A stretch of 48,694 nt of DNA from a virus (lineage: Duplodnaviria > Caudoviricetes). Location of the stretch: the IMG/VR virus record IMGVR_UViG_3300030523_000008, positions 1 through 48,694 of that record. One strand, written 5' to 3'. The position numbers and the translations under genes were made by a program. The notes under the pieces were generated by a model, which saw nothing but the letters and a program-made list of their open reading frames with translations, did no database searches and was not told the origin of the DNA. This document shows, one piece after another, positions 1 to 9,209 of the stretch. Position 1 is the stretch's first letter; each line of letters begins with the position of its first letter.

Positions 1-1779
1 TCCGCTTCCGCCGCCTCCTTCCGGAGCGCGTCGACCATAGCGCAGGTTCGGCGCGCCCCGGCCGATATTGGCACCGCCGCTCGCGTTGACCGTGACATTA
101 CCACCGCCGCCTCCACCCCCGCGCTCGGCCAGTTCCTTCAGCCTCTTCGTGTCTTCGGCAGTGGAGAGGACGGCGTCGCGGACGCGGGTGTCGTCCGAAC
201 CGAAACCGACTTTGCCCTTGAGCCAGGACCAGAAGCCGCCGGAGGATTTGGCGTCGGCAGCAGACGAGCCCTGCTTATTCCACTGGTCCCGCTCTTCTTT
301 TGTCCATTCACCCGCAGGCAAGGTGTTGTTCGCTTTTTTCGTCGCTCGCTCGGCGGGGTCAGTCGTCACCGGAGCGGCCGGTGTGCTCTCTGCGGAAGCA
401 CCCACCGCGACCGAACCAACGACGCCCAGCACACCGGCCACAGTCACACCCGCGCCCGTCGCAGCGCTAGGTCCGCCACCGCCCAAGCCCATTACCCGCG
501 CGAGCCCACCCGCTCCCGAACTGAGCGCCCCCAGCAGAGCCACGGCAGATCGGAGAGGCCCCAGCACCGCGTTCGTGATCGCGAGGCCGAACAGCCCGAT
601 GGCCACCGTGGCACCGGTCCCACTCGTCAAAGCAGTGGCGAGGGTCGCGAACTTGTCGGCTAAGGTGCCGATGTCCTTCAGGATCGTATCACAATCGGCG
701 TCCGCAAGCTTCTTGATGCCCTCCTCGGCGAAAGCGATCAGGGCCTTGGCAATTCGATCGGCGATGCTCGCAATCTTGTCGCCGTGCTCGGAAAACCACT
801 TCTGAAGGGTGTCAAGCTCCGGCTGAAGCTTCTTGAACAGCCCCGTCTCGACGCGCGTCGCGATGGCGTCCAGCGTCTCTTTGAGCCGCCGCATCGACTG
901 CTCAAAGGCGGTGCCGGATTTGGCGGCGTCCTCCTGGTCGGCGCCGACCTTCTTGTCTATCTCCTTGCGCTCCGCAAATCGTGGTCCGAAGCTCGAGTCC
1001 ATCATGGACATCGCGGTGTCGTCGCTGAACCCGAAGGCATTGGCCCGGACCAGCGCGTTCTTGCTCGCGTAGGGGTCGTTCGGGTGCGTCTCGACGCGCT
1101 TGCGAAGTGCCTCACCGAGTTGCGCTGCGGCCTCGCCCGCGTCCCGCGTGGTGATGCCGTATTCGCGCTTTAGCTGTTCCCGGTAGGCCGGGAAGAACTT
1201 CAGCTTCCGGCCGAATGCCGCGAGTTCCGCATCGGCCTGATCCGCCGAACCGCCAGTTTGTGCCGCCGCGTAGCCGAATGCCGTGGTGGACGACGCGCTG
1301 GAGCCCGAACGCTTGGCCGCGTAATTCAGCCGCTCGTAGGACTGTGCCGCCTTGTCGACAGCATAGACCACACCGAGCGCCGTCGCTTCGACGGCGGCCA
1401 CGGCTTTAATCGAGAAGGCCGCCAGCTTGACGGCGCCGACCTGCATGGCTTTTAGGCCGGCTTCGCGGCGTTCCATTGCCTTCTTGGCGATCTCCTGTTG
1501 GCGCTTCTCGTCTTTCTCGGTCTCGCCCTTGCGGGCCTTCTCCCGCGCGTCGCTGAGCTTCTGTTCCTCGACCGACAGCAGGCGCGTCAGGGCTTCCGCC
1601 AGCGTGAGGCGCGCTTCTCCGGTCTTGGCCTCAGTCCCCTGCCGCTTTGCCGCCTCGGCGGTCGCGGTCGCAGTGATCTTCTGCTCGGTCTTGGCGATGG
1701 TCGCCTCGACCTTGGCGGCCTCGGCGGCGTCAGCGGAAAATCCTATGCTTACAAGAAATTCGCGAAGTATATCAGACAA
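1..1779 (-). CDS. Tail tape measure protein, N-terminal part (runs off window)
   Basis: Manually read open frame from TTG 1779: MSDILREFLVSIGFSADAAEAAKV..., long Ala/Glu/Lys-rich helical protein with no stop before position 1; absent from the ORF track because it is unterminated. Confidence 0.85.
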   Translation of the reverse strand, partial: MSDILREFLVSIGFSADAAEAAKVEATIAKTEQKITATATAEAAKRQGTEAKTGEARLTLAEALTRLLSVEEQKLSDAREKARKGETEKDEKRQQEIAKKAMERREAGLKAMQVGAVKLAAFSIKAVAAVEATALGVVYAVDKAAQSYERLNYAAKRSGSSASSTTAFGYAAAQTGGSADQADAELAAFGRKLKFFPAYREQLKREYGITTRDAGEAAAQLGEALRKRVETHPNDPYASKNALVRANAFGFSDDTAMSMMDSSFGPRFAERKEIDKKVGADQEDAAKSGTAFEQSMRRLKETLDAIATRVETGLFKKLQPELDTLQKWFSEHGDKIASIADRIAKALIAFAEEGIKKLADADCDTILKDIGTLADKFATLATALTSGTGATVAIGLFGLAITNAVLGPLRSAVALLGALSSGAGGLARVMGLGGGGPSAATGAGVTVAGVLGVVGSVAVGASAESTPAAPVTTDPAERATKKANNTLPAGEWTKEERDQWNKQGSSAADAKSSGGFWSWLKGKVGFGSDDTRVRDAVLSTAEDTKRLKELAERGGGGGGGNVTVNASGGANIGRGAPNLRYGRRAPEGGGGSG

Positions 1780-1899
1780 TGGCCATCTATCCTATGCAAA
1801 TCGGCCGCCCCGAAGGACGGCCGATGCTTGCCAGACCGCAAAGGCAAACGGCGCACGCCGGAAGAAAGGGTTGCCGATCATGTAGCTTGGTCAACAGCG

Positions 1900-2142
1900 A
1901 TGATAAGGCAAAACCGCATGAGGTTCAGCTTTGAGCGAGACCGCGCTGAAGCCATCGGTGTCACCCGCTATCGGTGGCGCACGTCTAAGGATGGCGACGT
2001 GTGCAAGACGTGTCGATCTCGAAACGGCAAGCGATTCTCACTGCGGGCTGAGCCGGATTTCCAGCACCCTGGCTTCATGGAGTGCTGCGGGGAAAGCAGC
2101 GATCCGTGCCGCTGCTATTGCGAGATGATCGTGCCGAAATGA
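1900..2142 (+). CDS. Small protein consisting of a MuF/gpF-like C-terminal domain (start may be TTG 1828)
   Basis: AEAIGVTRYRWRTSKDGDVCKTC...HPG...CRCYCE aligns by eye with the C-terminus of 16744-17511. Confidence 0.6.
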   Translation: MIRQNRMRFSFERDRAEAIGVTRYRWRTSKDGDVCKTCRSRNGKRFSLRAEPDFQHPGFMECCGESSDPCRCYCEMIVPK

Positions 2143-2216
2143 GCGGCGTCGACCCATCCCTAGACACCTTCCGCGACCCGTGGTGATCTCGGGTCTTTCG
2201 TACCGGGAGATCCGCC

Positions 2217-2612
2217 ATGGTGATCGTGCTGCTCGTCTTAATCCTATTTGCCCTGCTGTTCCCCGGCCTGCTCCGGGCGCTCGTGGTGCTGGCGCTGTTG
2301 GCGGGTGGGGGCGTGGTATATGGAGCGGCACAGGCAGCGCCGTCACTTGCTGATATTGAGGTAACTCCCGGAATTGTAAGCCCTTCACCAATCGCCACCT
2401 CGGCTACCTTCTCAGCACGCAACAAGGGCACTACTCCCGTGAAGTGGCTCTATGTGCAATGCGCCATTTTAAATGAATCTGGTGTTCCCAAGGCCGCAGA
2501 AGAGAATTCGATGCAGAACATCGAACCGGGGCAGACGGCCTATGGAAGTATGAACTTTTTGCACACCAAAGAAGGTGGTATGCTTGTTTGCAGACCGTCG
2601 GAAGTCAAGTAG
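2217..2612 (+). CDS. Membrane-anchored/exported protein, FxLYD-like Ig-fold (moron)
   Basis: Two hydrophobic N-terminal segments, then ARNKGTTPVKWLYVQCAILNESG...NIEPGQTAYG; GGGAG RBS; opposite strand to tail genes. Confidence 0.7.
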   Translation: MVIVLLVLILFALLFPGLLRALVVLALLAGGGVVYGAAQAAPSLADIEVTPGIVSPSPIATSATFSARNKGTTPVKWLYVQCAILNESGVPKAAEENSMQNIEPGQTAYGSMNFLHTKEGGMLVCRPSEVK

Positions 2613-2624
2613 CGCATCATCTCC

Positions 2625-3578
2625 CTACTGAGATCCTAGCGTGTACCCCGAATCTTTCTGGATCGTAGGCAAGTTCCCGCCCTGCCCGATGCACAGGCTC
2701 TCATCGTACCAGTCCTGCCCGCGGCTGTCCCCGAACCGATCCATGTGAAAGATGACGTAAGTTCCAGCGCGTAAACCCATCTGATTCAAAGACGCGTTCC
2801 CAGTCGATCCAGGACCGGTCACAGGATTGTTATCTTGCTGCGCCGCGATCACCTGCGACGGGTCGAGCGTGATCTTCATCAGCGGCTGCAGCTGGGGGTT
2901 GATGAGGCTCCGCACCACGATGCCGTCTTGCGTTTGCTGCGGCCAGCCGATGAGCCCCGTCGCGGCCGTGAGCTTCACGGCGCTGCTCGACCCGGTATCG
3001 AGCGATTTCGGCGTGATCTTGACGACGCCGTTCTGGATCGACCACAGACCACCGGCCGACAGCGTCACCTGCCGCAGGAGATCGCGCGCCATGCCGATGA
3101 AAGGGCGGCCGCGGGGGTATTTCGGTTGGCTGAGATCGAGCGTGTTGGTGCCGAGGGTGATCCCGAACGGCGCCAGCGCGTCGAGCGCCACCTGAGCCTT
3201 GTCCTTCGGCGTCCATCCGGCCGCCAGCGTCTTGCCGACACGCGCGCCTTGGTAGCCGTTCTGGCCATCGGCCGCGAAAATGTCGAGGTAGGTGTCGACC
3301 GCCGTCTCGTGCCCGAAGATCGATTGTACGATGTTGCCTTTGAACAGGACACCGATGTTGTCCCGGTATCCGGCCGAGAACGAGACGCTCTTGAACTCCT
3401 TGTTCTGGAACCGCGCGCGGGTGTCTGGCGACACGTTGTAGATCCGGAACGACGCCATGTTGGGCGATTGGATGTGCCATTGCTTGATCGAGAACACGAT
3501 CCGTAGGTCGACGAAGGTCTTAGACCCCTTGTCGCCCTCGACGGTGAGCGACCAGTCCCTGATCCAGTTCCGACCCAT
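2625..3578 (-). CDS. Baseplate hub protein
   Basis: MGRNWIRDWSLTV...DLRIVFSI..PN.A.FRIYN..LFKGNI..GLIGWPQQT.DG..VRSLINP..GDSRGQDWY; TGATG coupling to upstream gene. Confidence 0.85.
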   Translation of the reverse strand: MGRNWIRDWSLTVEGDKGSKTFVDLRIVFSIKQWHIQSPNMASFRIYNVSPDTRARFQNKEFKSVSFSAGYRDNIGVLFKGNIVQSIFGHETAVDTYLDIFAADGQNGYQGARVGKTLAAGWTPKDKAQVALDALAPFGITLGTNTLDLSQPKYPRGRPFIGMARDLLRQVTLSAGGLWSIQNGVVKITPKSLDTGSSSAVKLTAATGLIGWPQQTQDGIVVRSLINPQLQPLMKITLDPSQVIAAQQDNNPVTGPGSTGNASLNQMGLRAGTYVIFHMDRFGDSRGQDWYDESLCIGQGGNLPTIQKDSGYTLGSQ

Positions 3579-4336
3579 CAGACACCGACCTTGCCCTGCG
3601 GCGCCGTCATGGTCTGGGCCGTGATGGCCTGAGCGACGGTAAGGTTCCCGCCCTGGCCGTTCAGGCTGCTGATCGTGAGATTGCCGCCCTGTCCGGTCTT
3701 CGGGTCCGGGGACAACGTCAGATTGCCGACGTGGTTGAGCGAGGGCGCGTGCATCGTGACCGCCACCTTCGACGTGTGCGTGATGCCGTTCTGTGGATGG
3801 ACATTGACCGTGTGGTCGCCGCCCTTGACCGAGAGCGTCAGCCCGTTCGTCTGGTGGAGGTCGACGAAGTGCTGGCCGTCGTCGGTACGGACTTGGCTCG
3901 AGGCCTGACTCACGTTCGACAGCTTGCGCGGCGTCGAGCGCACACCGGGGATGTAGAGCACGTCGCCGAGATCGTTGAGGCTGTCGTCCATGGGTTGTTG
4001 CGTGCCGCCGGACTGGTGCCAAGCGTCGATGTGGCGCGACGCATAGATGGCGATGCCCTCGTCGTCTTTCTTCGTCGGATGCGTGACCGTGAAGCCGCCG
4101 CCGCTCATATGGTGAATCGGCACATCGACATGGACCGGATGATCCTCGTAGGACCGCTCCCCGGTCTTCGGATCGGTCACGCCGCGCTTGATCGTCGGCT
4201 GGACCGAGCAGACGTGCCCATCCTTCGAGTCCTCGGTCACGCGGCACGGCAGCGCGAACATCATGCCGGACATCATCGCCGCATGGGCGACGCGATGCAT
4301 CTCCTCCGGATCGTCGATATATTCGCGCAGGTCCAA
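3578..4336 (-). CDS. Baseplate puncturing spike (gp138/gpV-like)
   Basis: ALPCRV..SVQPTI..DVPI..GGGFTVTHP..DEG..RHIDAW.QSGG followed by beta-helix-like repeats. Confidence 0.85.
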   Translation of the reverse strand: MDLREYIDDPEEMHRVAHAAMMSGMMFALPCRVTEDSKDGHVCSVQPTIKRGVTDPKTGERSYEDHPVHVDVPIHHMSGGGFTVTHPTKKDDEGIAIYASRHIDAWHQSGGTQQPMDDSLNDLGDVLYIPGVRSTPRKLSNVSQASSQVRTDDGQHFVDLHQTNGLTLSVKGGDHTVNVHPQNGITHTSKVAVTMHAPSLNHVGNLTLSPDPKTGQGGNLTISSLNGQGGNLTVAQAITAQTMTAPQGKVGV

Positions 4337-4340
4337 AACT

Positions 4341-4907
4341 TCACCTCGCCTTGTCGAGCGACCGCCGCATCCGGATGGCGTTCTCGGCTTCCACGTCGAG
4401 CAGATGGTTCGCCTTGGCGAAATGCTCGATGCGCGCGGATCCGTCGAAAGCCGCCATGAACGGGATCAGGGGCGCTTCGCCGCGGCACGGCCGCCAGAAC
4501 CAATCCTCGCCATCCGGCATCCGCACCGGATCGAACTCAATCGGATCGGGTGGGATCGGCATAAAGGTCGGCGGGTGAAGCGCGAAATACGCCGTGAAAT
4601 GATGACACACGATGGTCAGCACGAGGTCGAGCATGGCCGCCACCGGAAGCGCCTTGCTGGCGGGTTCCCAGGCGCCCCCATCACTCAACTTCTCGCAGGC
4701 TTCCGCAGCGGCTGCGAAGATGGCAGCAAGGTCCAGGCCTTGCATCGACGCCAGCACGGCCAGACCGTTGCCTGGATCCATGCGTCCGGCCGGATCGATA
4801 ACACCGAGCGCCGGCAGAAGCGGCGTGATGGTGCGTAGCAGGCGGAACTGCTCATAGGCGTTGAGCGGCCTCGCGCGGTGCCGTAGGCCGCCGACGTCGA
4901 ACTCCAT
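4341..4907 (-). CDS. Tail assembly chaperone paralog fused to a G-T type C-terminal domain (DUF6889-like)
   Basis: MEFDVGGLRHRARPL.. resembles the upstream chaperone; C-terminus MPDGEDWFWRP..DGS..AKANHLLDVEAEN. Confidence 0.75.
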   Translation of the reverse strand: MEFDVGGLRHRARPLNAYEQFRLLRTITPLLPALGVIDPAGRMDPGNGLAVLASMQGLDLAAIFAAAAEACEKLSDGGAWEPASKALPVAAMLDLVLTIVCHHFTAYFALHPPTFMPIPPDPIEFDPVRMPDGEDWFWRPCRGEAPLIPFMAAFDGSARIEHFAKANHLLDVEAENAIRMRRSLDKAR

Positions 4908-4911
4908 GGCG

Positions 4912-5394
4912 TCAAGCGCCGGAGACGGTCCCGAAGATCGCGTCGACATCGACGCCGAAGCCCGCGACCATTGAGCCGAAGTTGGCCTTCAAGACCGCGA
5001 AGGTGATCTGGAGCTTGGCCGCGTAGCCGGCGTTGTCGCGATTGGAGATAGCCCCGCCGGGCGTTCGCACCTTGAACCACTTGCCATCCGCGAGTTGCTC
5101 CGTCGCATCGAGGCACGCGTCGATGACGGACTTGGCGTCACCCGTGCGGTCGAGCGCCGCGATCTCGCGCGATACCGGCATGACGGCTGAGCCGAGCTGG
5201 CCGAGCGCATCGGTGCCGATGCTCGCTGCCCCACCTTCTCCGCCGCCACGTTTGGCCAGCACTGCCATGATTTCGGGCGCGGCCGAGCCCAGCGCCGTGA
5301 ACACCGGAGCGAGCTTGAGCATGAGGCCGATATGCACGTCGGCGTCGAAGGGCTTGGCGCGAAAGGTGTTCTCACCGATGGTAAATTCGGTCAC
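4912..5394 (-). CDS. Tail assembly chaperone
   Basis: Directly downstream of the tube gene; MTEFTIGENTFRAKPF. Confidence 0.8.
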   Translation of the reverse strand: MTEFTIGENTFRAKPFDADVHIGLMLKLAPVFTALGSAAPEIMAVLAKRGGGEGGAASIGTDALGQLGSAVMPVSREIAALDRTGDAKSVIDACLDATEQLADGKWFKVRTPGGAISNRDNAGYAAKLQITFAVLKANFGSMVAGFGVDVDAIFGTVSGA

Positions 5395-5402
5395 GCGCTA
5401 CC

Positions 5403-5885
5403 TCACTGCGTCGCCACGATGAGCGCCTGATCGACGCCGGCACCGAGGCGCGGGCTGATGTAGCCGCAATTGAACGTCCATTCCTGCGTGCCACCCTGGA
5501 TGCCGAAGTTGATGTTCGGGTGCCGGACGAAGGCCGCCGCGAAACACTCGATGCGGTCGCCGCGCACGAAATCGTCGATGATGATGACCATGCGCCCGTG
5601 CGTGGCGGCCGATGCCGTCTGATAGTTGTAGGCGTCCCCCACGATCTTGTTGAACGCGGACGTCTTCCACAGCCGCAGCATCAGCCTTCCGGGCTGCGCG
5701 ACACGAAGCGAATGCATGACGGCGCCGCCGGCTCCGGCCACCATCGTGTCTTTGTCGCCCTCGAACTCGATCGAGTAGCCTTCCTCGGCTTCGCCCGTCG
5801 TGGACGCATTGAGGTTACCCGGCCCCTTGATCGAGCAGTTGCAGTCGGCGAACGAATAGGCGCCGGCGGAGATGAAGCGTGCCAT
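5403..5885 (-). CDS. Tail tube protein (DUF3277-like)
   Basis: YSFADCNCSIKGPG..AEEGYSIE..DKDTM.AGA.G.VMHSL..EWTFNCG; follows the sheath. Confidence 0.88.
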   Translation of the reverse strand: MARFISAGAYSFADCNCSIKGPGNLNASTTGEAEEGYSIEFEGDKDTMVAGAGGAVMHSLRVAQPGRLMLRLWKTSAFNKIVGDAYNYQTASAATHGRMVIIIDDFVRGDRIECFAAAFVRHPNINFGIQGGTQEWTFNCGYISPRLGAGVDQALIVATQ

Positions 5886-5933
5886 GGACGGGCCTCGTCA
5901 GGATGATGCAGGAGCGCGGCGGGGCCGGGCCGA

Positions 5934-7451
5934 TTACGGATTCACATTGATCAGGATGTTGGACGAGTGGACCGCGCCGGCCTCCTTCGCGGCCACCTGG
6001 AACACCACCGACTGGCGCTGGGCGCGGAGCGTCTGAGACTGGAGGACGACGGCCGGGATGTAGACGTAGTAGCCGAGCGGCAGGAAATCGCCCTGGCTCA
6101 GGGTGCCGAAACCATTCGCGTTCCACACGCCGGGCGCGAGGTACTGATTGGTCACGGCCTGCTGGAGCGCGGCCGAAACCGTCGCACCGATGATCGACAT
6201 GCCCTTGTCGGTCTGCGGGAGCTTTGTATTCGATCCCCGCAAGAGGTTGTAGACGTCCGTCTGGACGCGGTTCGCCAGCCAGTCGGCGTTGATGCGCGAG
6301 TCGATGAAGGTGCCGTCCGACATCACGGCTTCCTGCGTGATGGCCGTGTTGTTCTGGTACTGCGCGTAGATGTTGTAACTCTTGGCCGCGAGCGCGTTGG
6401 CCATCGAGGCCGACAGGAACTCGGGAACGACGCCGGGCTGCAGCTTGAACTTGCCCGTGATGGTGGTGTTCGATCCGTCGTAGTTCACGGTGGCGAAGCG
6501 ACCGAACAGCGACGCCGCCGCATAGGGGTTCGTGGACGAGAACTCGACGAGGGTGCGGCCGTAGCCCGCCGCCGTGAGCAGCGAACCGAGATCGTCGGAG
6601 CGGGTCGAGTCCCACGCGGCCGTGTTCATGGTCGTCAGGGCCTGGACGCGGGCCTGTCCGGCAGCCTGGATGAAGCCCGCGACCGCGAGCGCGTCACTGT
6701 CGGCGAGCGGCGTCATGGGCGCCCAGCCGAGGCAGTACCAGTCGCCGAAGCGGTCGCCCATGAGGTTGGCGCAGGCGAGAGCGGTTTCCGCCACGACGCC
6801 GTTGACCGGCGGATTGGCGCTACCGCCAGCCGAGTTCGGCGTAGCCGACAGGCCAAGCAGTACCGACACGTCCACGCCGGTAGCGGGCGCCGTCGCGTAG
6901 GACATGGTGGACGTCGCGCCGGTCATGCCGGAGGTCACGTCGAAGCGGTATCGGGTGCCGTTCCACACGACGGTGGCGCCGGTCGCACCTGCGGTCACGA
7001 GCGCCGTCTGGATGATGGACGCGACGCCGTTGAGGTTGGTGGCGGTGGCGAAGTTGAGGCCGGTGAGCGCGCGGACCGTGCCGTCGACCGTGACCGACAG
7101 GCCGCCTGCCGTCACGGCGTTGAACGCCGCCATCAGGCGCTGCGCCGGGGTCAGTCCCGCGCCGTGAAGCACCGCGGACGTCGCCGTCTGCGCCCAGCGC
7201 CCGACCGACAGGCCTTGGGGCTGCGGCGACTGGCCGAAGAAGTTGAGCGCGAACTGATACTCGGGCGACGTGGTCGGGAAGTCGGAGCCGACGCCGTTGA
7301 TGTCGTTGTAGTCGCGCTTGCGCTCCAACACGTCGATGATCGGCGACGATCCGATCACCAGCATCGAACCGAAGTTGCGATAGGCGGCCGGGGGCGCCGT
7401 CAAGGAGATCGAGACGGAGACGACGCGGCTGACGGCAAGGGCCTGGGGCAT
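5934..7451 (-). CDS. Contractile tail sheath (DUF3383-like)
   Basis: LAVSRVVSVSI..RNFG..SPEYQ.A..FFGQSPQP..VGRW..KFKLQPGV..PQTDKG..GAVH. Confidence 0.92.
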   Translation of the reverse strand: MPQALAVSRVVSVSISLTAPPAAYRNFGSMLVIGSSPIIDVLERKRDYNDINGVGSDFPTTSPEYQFALNFFGQSPQPQGLSVGRWAQTATSAVLHGAGLTPAQRLMAAFNAVTAGGLSVTVDGTVRALTGLNFATATNLNGVASIIQTALVTAGATGATVVWNGTRYRFDVTSGMTGATSTMSYATAPATGVDVSVLLGLSATPNSAGGSANPPVNGVVAETALACANLMGDRFGDWYCLGWAPMTPLADSDALAVAGFIQAAGQARVQALTTMNTAAWDSTRSDDLGSLLTAAGYGRTLVEFSSTNPYAAASLFGRFATVNYDGSNTTITGKFKLQPGVVPEFLSASMANALAAKSYNIYAQYQNNTAITQEAVMSDGTFIDSRINADWLANRVQTDVYNLLRGSNTKLPQTDKGMSIIGATVSAALQQAVTNQYLAPGVWNANGFGTLSQGDFLPLGYYVYIPAVVLQSQTLRAQRQSVVFQVAAKEAGAVHSSNILINVNP

Positions 7452-7454
7452 GGT

Positions 7455-8063
7455 TCAACTCGTCTTCATGAAGGCCCCGACCGCGCGCGGGCCGGTGACG
7501 GATTGGGCGGCGGCCGTGACCGTTCCCTGGAATGTGAGGATGTTGCGGATCGCGTAGGTGCGCCACGACACACGCCGTAGCGTGAAGGCCACGTCGACGC
7601 GCCGGATCCACTGCTCATTCGTTAGTTCGGGCACTGAGGTGATCCGGTCGGTCGACACGAATGCGAGCCCGAGTGCACGCATGGCCTCGCGATTTTGCGC
7701 AATGGCGAGGCCGTCGCGGAGCTGCGTAGCGAGCGCGCGGCATCCGGGACCGTAGAATGAGGCGAGGACCGCGATCTCCTCGGTACGATATTCGCGACTC
7801 AGCCCTTGCCCGCCATCCGCGGATCCATCGTGAACCTCGCTCGGATTGACCTCGGCTCGCTCCTCCGTGATGCCGAACGCGCACCACGACACGGTGCGGG
7901 CGGGTTGGGCCGGAGGAGTTTCCTGCCAGCGCGGACGGACGAGCGTCGGATCGAGGCCCGTGATGCCCACGATGGTGGGCTGGATCTGGTCGTCGAGGTT
8001 GGCGTCGTCGGTTTCGGCGGCTTCGAGTGGCGCGAGGAAACCGCCAGTGGACGAGTCGGTCAC
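7455..8063 (-). CDS. Tail completion/neck protein
   Basis: GTG start coupled to upstream stop; DSSTGGFL..IVGITGL..LVRPRWQ..SFYGP..RDGL.I.QNR..WIRRVD. Confidence 0.8.
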   Translation of the reverse strand: MTDSSTGGFLAPLEAAETDDANLDDQIQPTIVGITGLDPTLVRPRWQETPPAQPARTVSWCAFGITEERAEVNPSEVHDGSADGGQGLSREYRTEEIAVLASFYGPGCRALATQLRDGLAIAQNREAMRALGLAFVSTDRITSVPELTNEQWIRRVDVAFTLRRVSWRTYAIRNILTFQGTVTAAAQSVTGPRAVGAFMKTS

Positions 8064-8458
8064 TCCAGGCTCGTGTGGCGGCAGGTGGCCTTGACGAAGC
8101 CCGCGCCGAAGCGGGTCCAGTCGTCGAGAAGGTCGACCGTGTAGAGTTCGGCGCCGACGGGGGCGGGCCACACGCCGCGCGCCGGCCATATCACCTGGTC
8201 GGCCGTGAAACCCGGTGCGAGATCGGTCAGTCGGAATGTCGTGATGACCTGGATGGCGCCGGAGGTGCGCTCCATGTCGGGCAGACGCTGAAGGTCGAGG
8301 GAGTTGGCCGGCGTCACGACGGCCGAGACGCCGAAGAAGGTCTGGACGGTCGGCGTGTTGCGCCCAAGAATTCCGACCACCATGGCGGTGCGGATCACAT
8401 CGATGGTGTCGGCGAAGTCTTCATCCAGTAAAACGTCTGTCACATCCAGAGTCGGCAT
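8060..8458 (-). CDS. Head-tail joining (head closure) protein
   Basis: MPTLDVTDVLLDEDFAD..DW.RFGAGF; position in neck module. Confidence 0.8.
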   Translation of the reverse strand: MPTLDVTDVLLDEDFADTIDVIRTAMVVGILGRNTPTVQTFFGVSAVVTPANSLDLQRLPDMERTSGAIQVITTFRLTDLAPGFTADQVIWPARGVWPAPVGAELYTVDLLDDWTRFGAGFVKATCRHTSLE

Positions 8459-9209
8459 GCTTCTTCCTCAAAACATGCCCGCGCCACCACCCTTCTACGA
8501 CGATGGTGTCGGGTCGAACTCGCTTATTCTGCTTACCATCTGTTATCCAAATCAGCCCTTTGGTAAGGCCGATCTTACTTGCGCTCATTCTCGCGCGCTG
8601 TTCTATATTATAAGTTTTGCCTCGCTTGGCGGCAGCCATCTTCTCTCGAGTTACCTCTGAGACAGGGCCGCGCAACGCTCTTGCAGATCGCATTCGAGCA
8701 CGCGTTTCCGCTGTATGCTTTCTTCCCACAAGACGTTTATGTCCCTTAGACGCTAAACTCTGACGCGCTCGGGTCTCAGAAGTTAAGGTGTGACAATTGC
8801 CTTTAGCGTGTTGATTTCCGATAAGGTGTGGCTGCGACCTACCCTTCAACACAGCACGCTTCTTTGCGCATGTCTCTTCGGTTTGTTTGTGGCCAGAAGA
8901 TCCTTCACCACCATCAGTCACATTGACTAATGGTCCATCTGGATGCCTGCTTATCGCGCCAATGAAAGCCGCCTCTAATTTGAAAGCTTCTGCTTCCGTC
9001 AAGTTCGCAGCTATCTTGACTTTTGGTATTGATCGTCCTTCTCGCTTGGCTTTTTGCGCGATGTTATGCTTGTAGGGGTTACTTCCATCAAAGGGGCTTA
9101 TCCTTATTCGCCGCCCACACCCCTTTCCCACATAGAAGGGCTGGCCCGTATCTGGTCGAAACAGGACATAGACGTAGAAGTCTGAACGCACTACGTTCTC
9201 GTCAGCCAT
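8421..9209 (-). CDS. GIY-YIG homing endonuclease with NUMOD3 repeats
   Basis: FYVYVLFRP..PFYVGKG, LVNVTDGGEG, repeated H(T/S)xETRxKMS motifs; visibly lower GC. Confidence 0.88.
   Translation of the reverse strand: MADENVVRSDFYVYVLFRPDTGQPFYVGKGCGRRIRISPFDGSNPYKHNIAQKAKREGRSIPKVKIAANLTEAEAFKLEAAFIGAISRHPDGPLVNVTDGGEGSSGHKQTEETCAKKRAVLKGRSQPHLIGNQHAKGNCHTLTSETRARQSLASKGHKRLVGRKHTAETRARMRSARALRGPVSEVTREKMAAAKRGKTYNIEQRARMSASKIGLTKGLIWITDGKQNKRVRPDTIVVEGWWRGHVLRKKHADSGCDRRFTG

Noticed and set aside
2625-4247. 540-aa ORF as listed in the track
   Set aside because: N-terminal 220 aa overlap the spike gene in another frame; the real start is ATG 3578
4900-4990. Programmed -1 frameshift between the tail chaperone ORFs
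   Set aside because: No convincing X XXY YYZ slippery heptamer near the ORF1 end, and ORF2 has its own ATG and its own chaperone domain
5967-7580. Long + strand ORFs opposite structural and replication genes (also 68-805, 14254-15324, 17679-19004, 22851-24170; 47510-48550 on -)
   Set aside because: Antisense shadows expected from high-GC codon bias; no motifs, and they overlap well-supported genes
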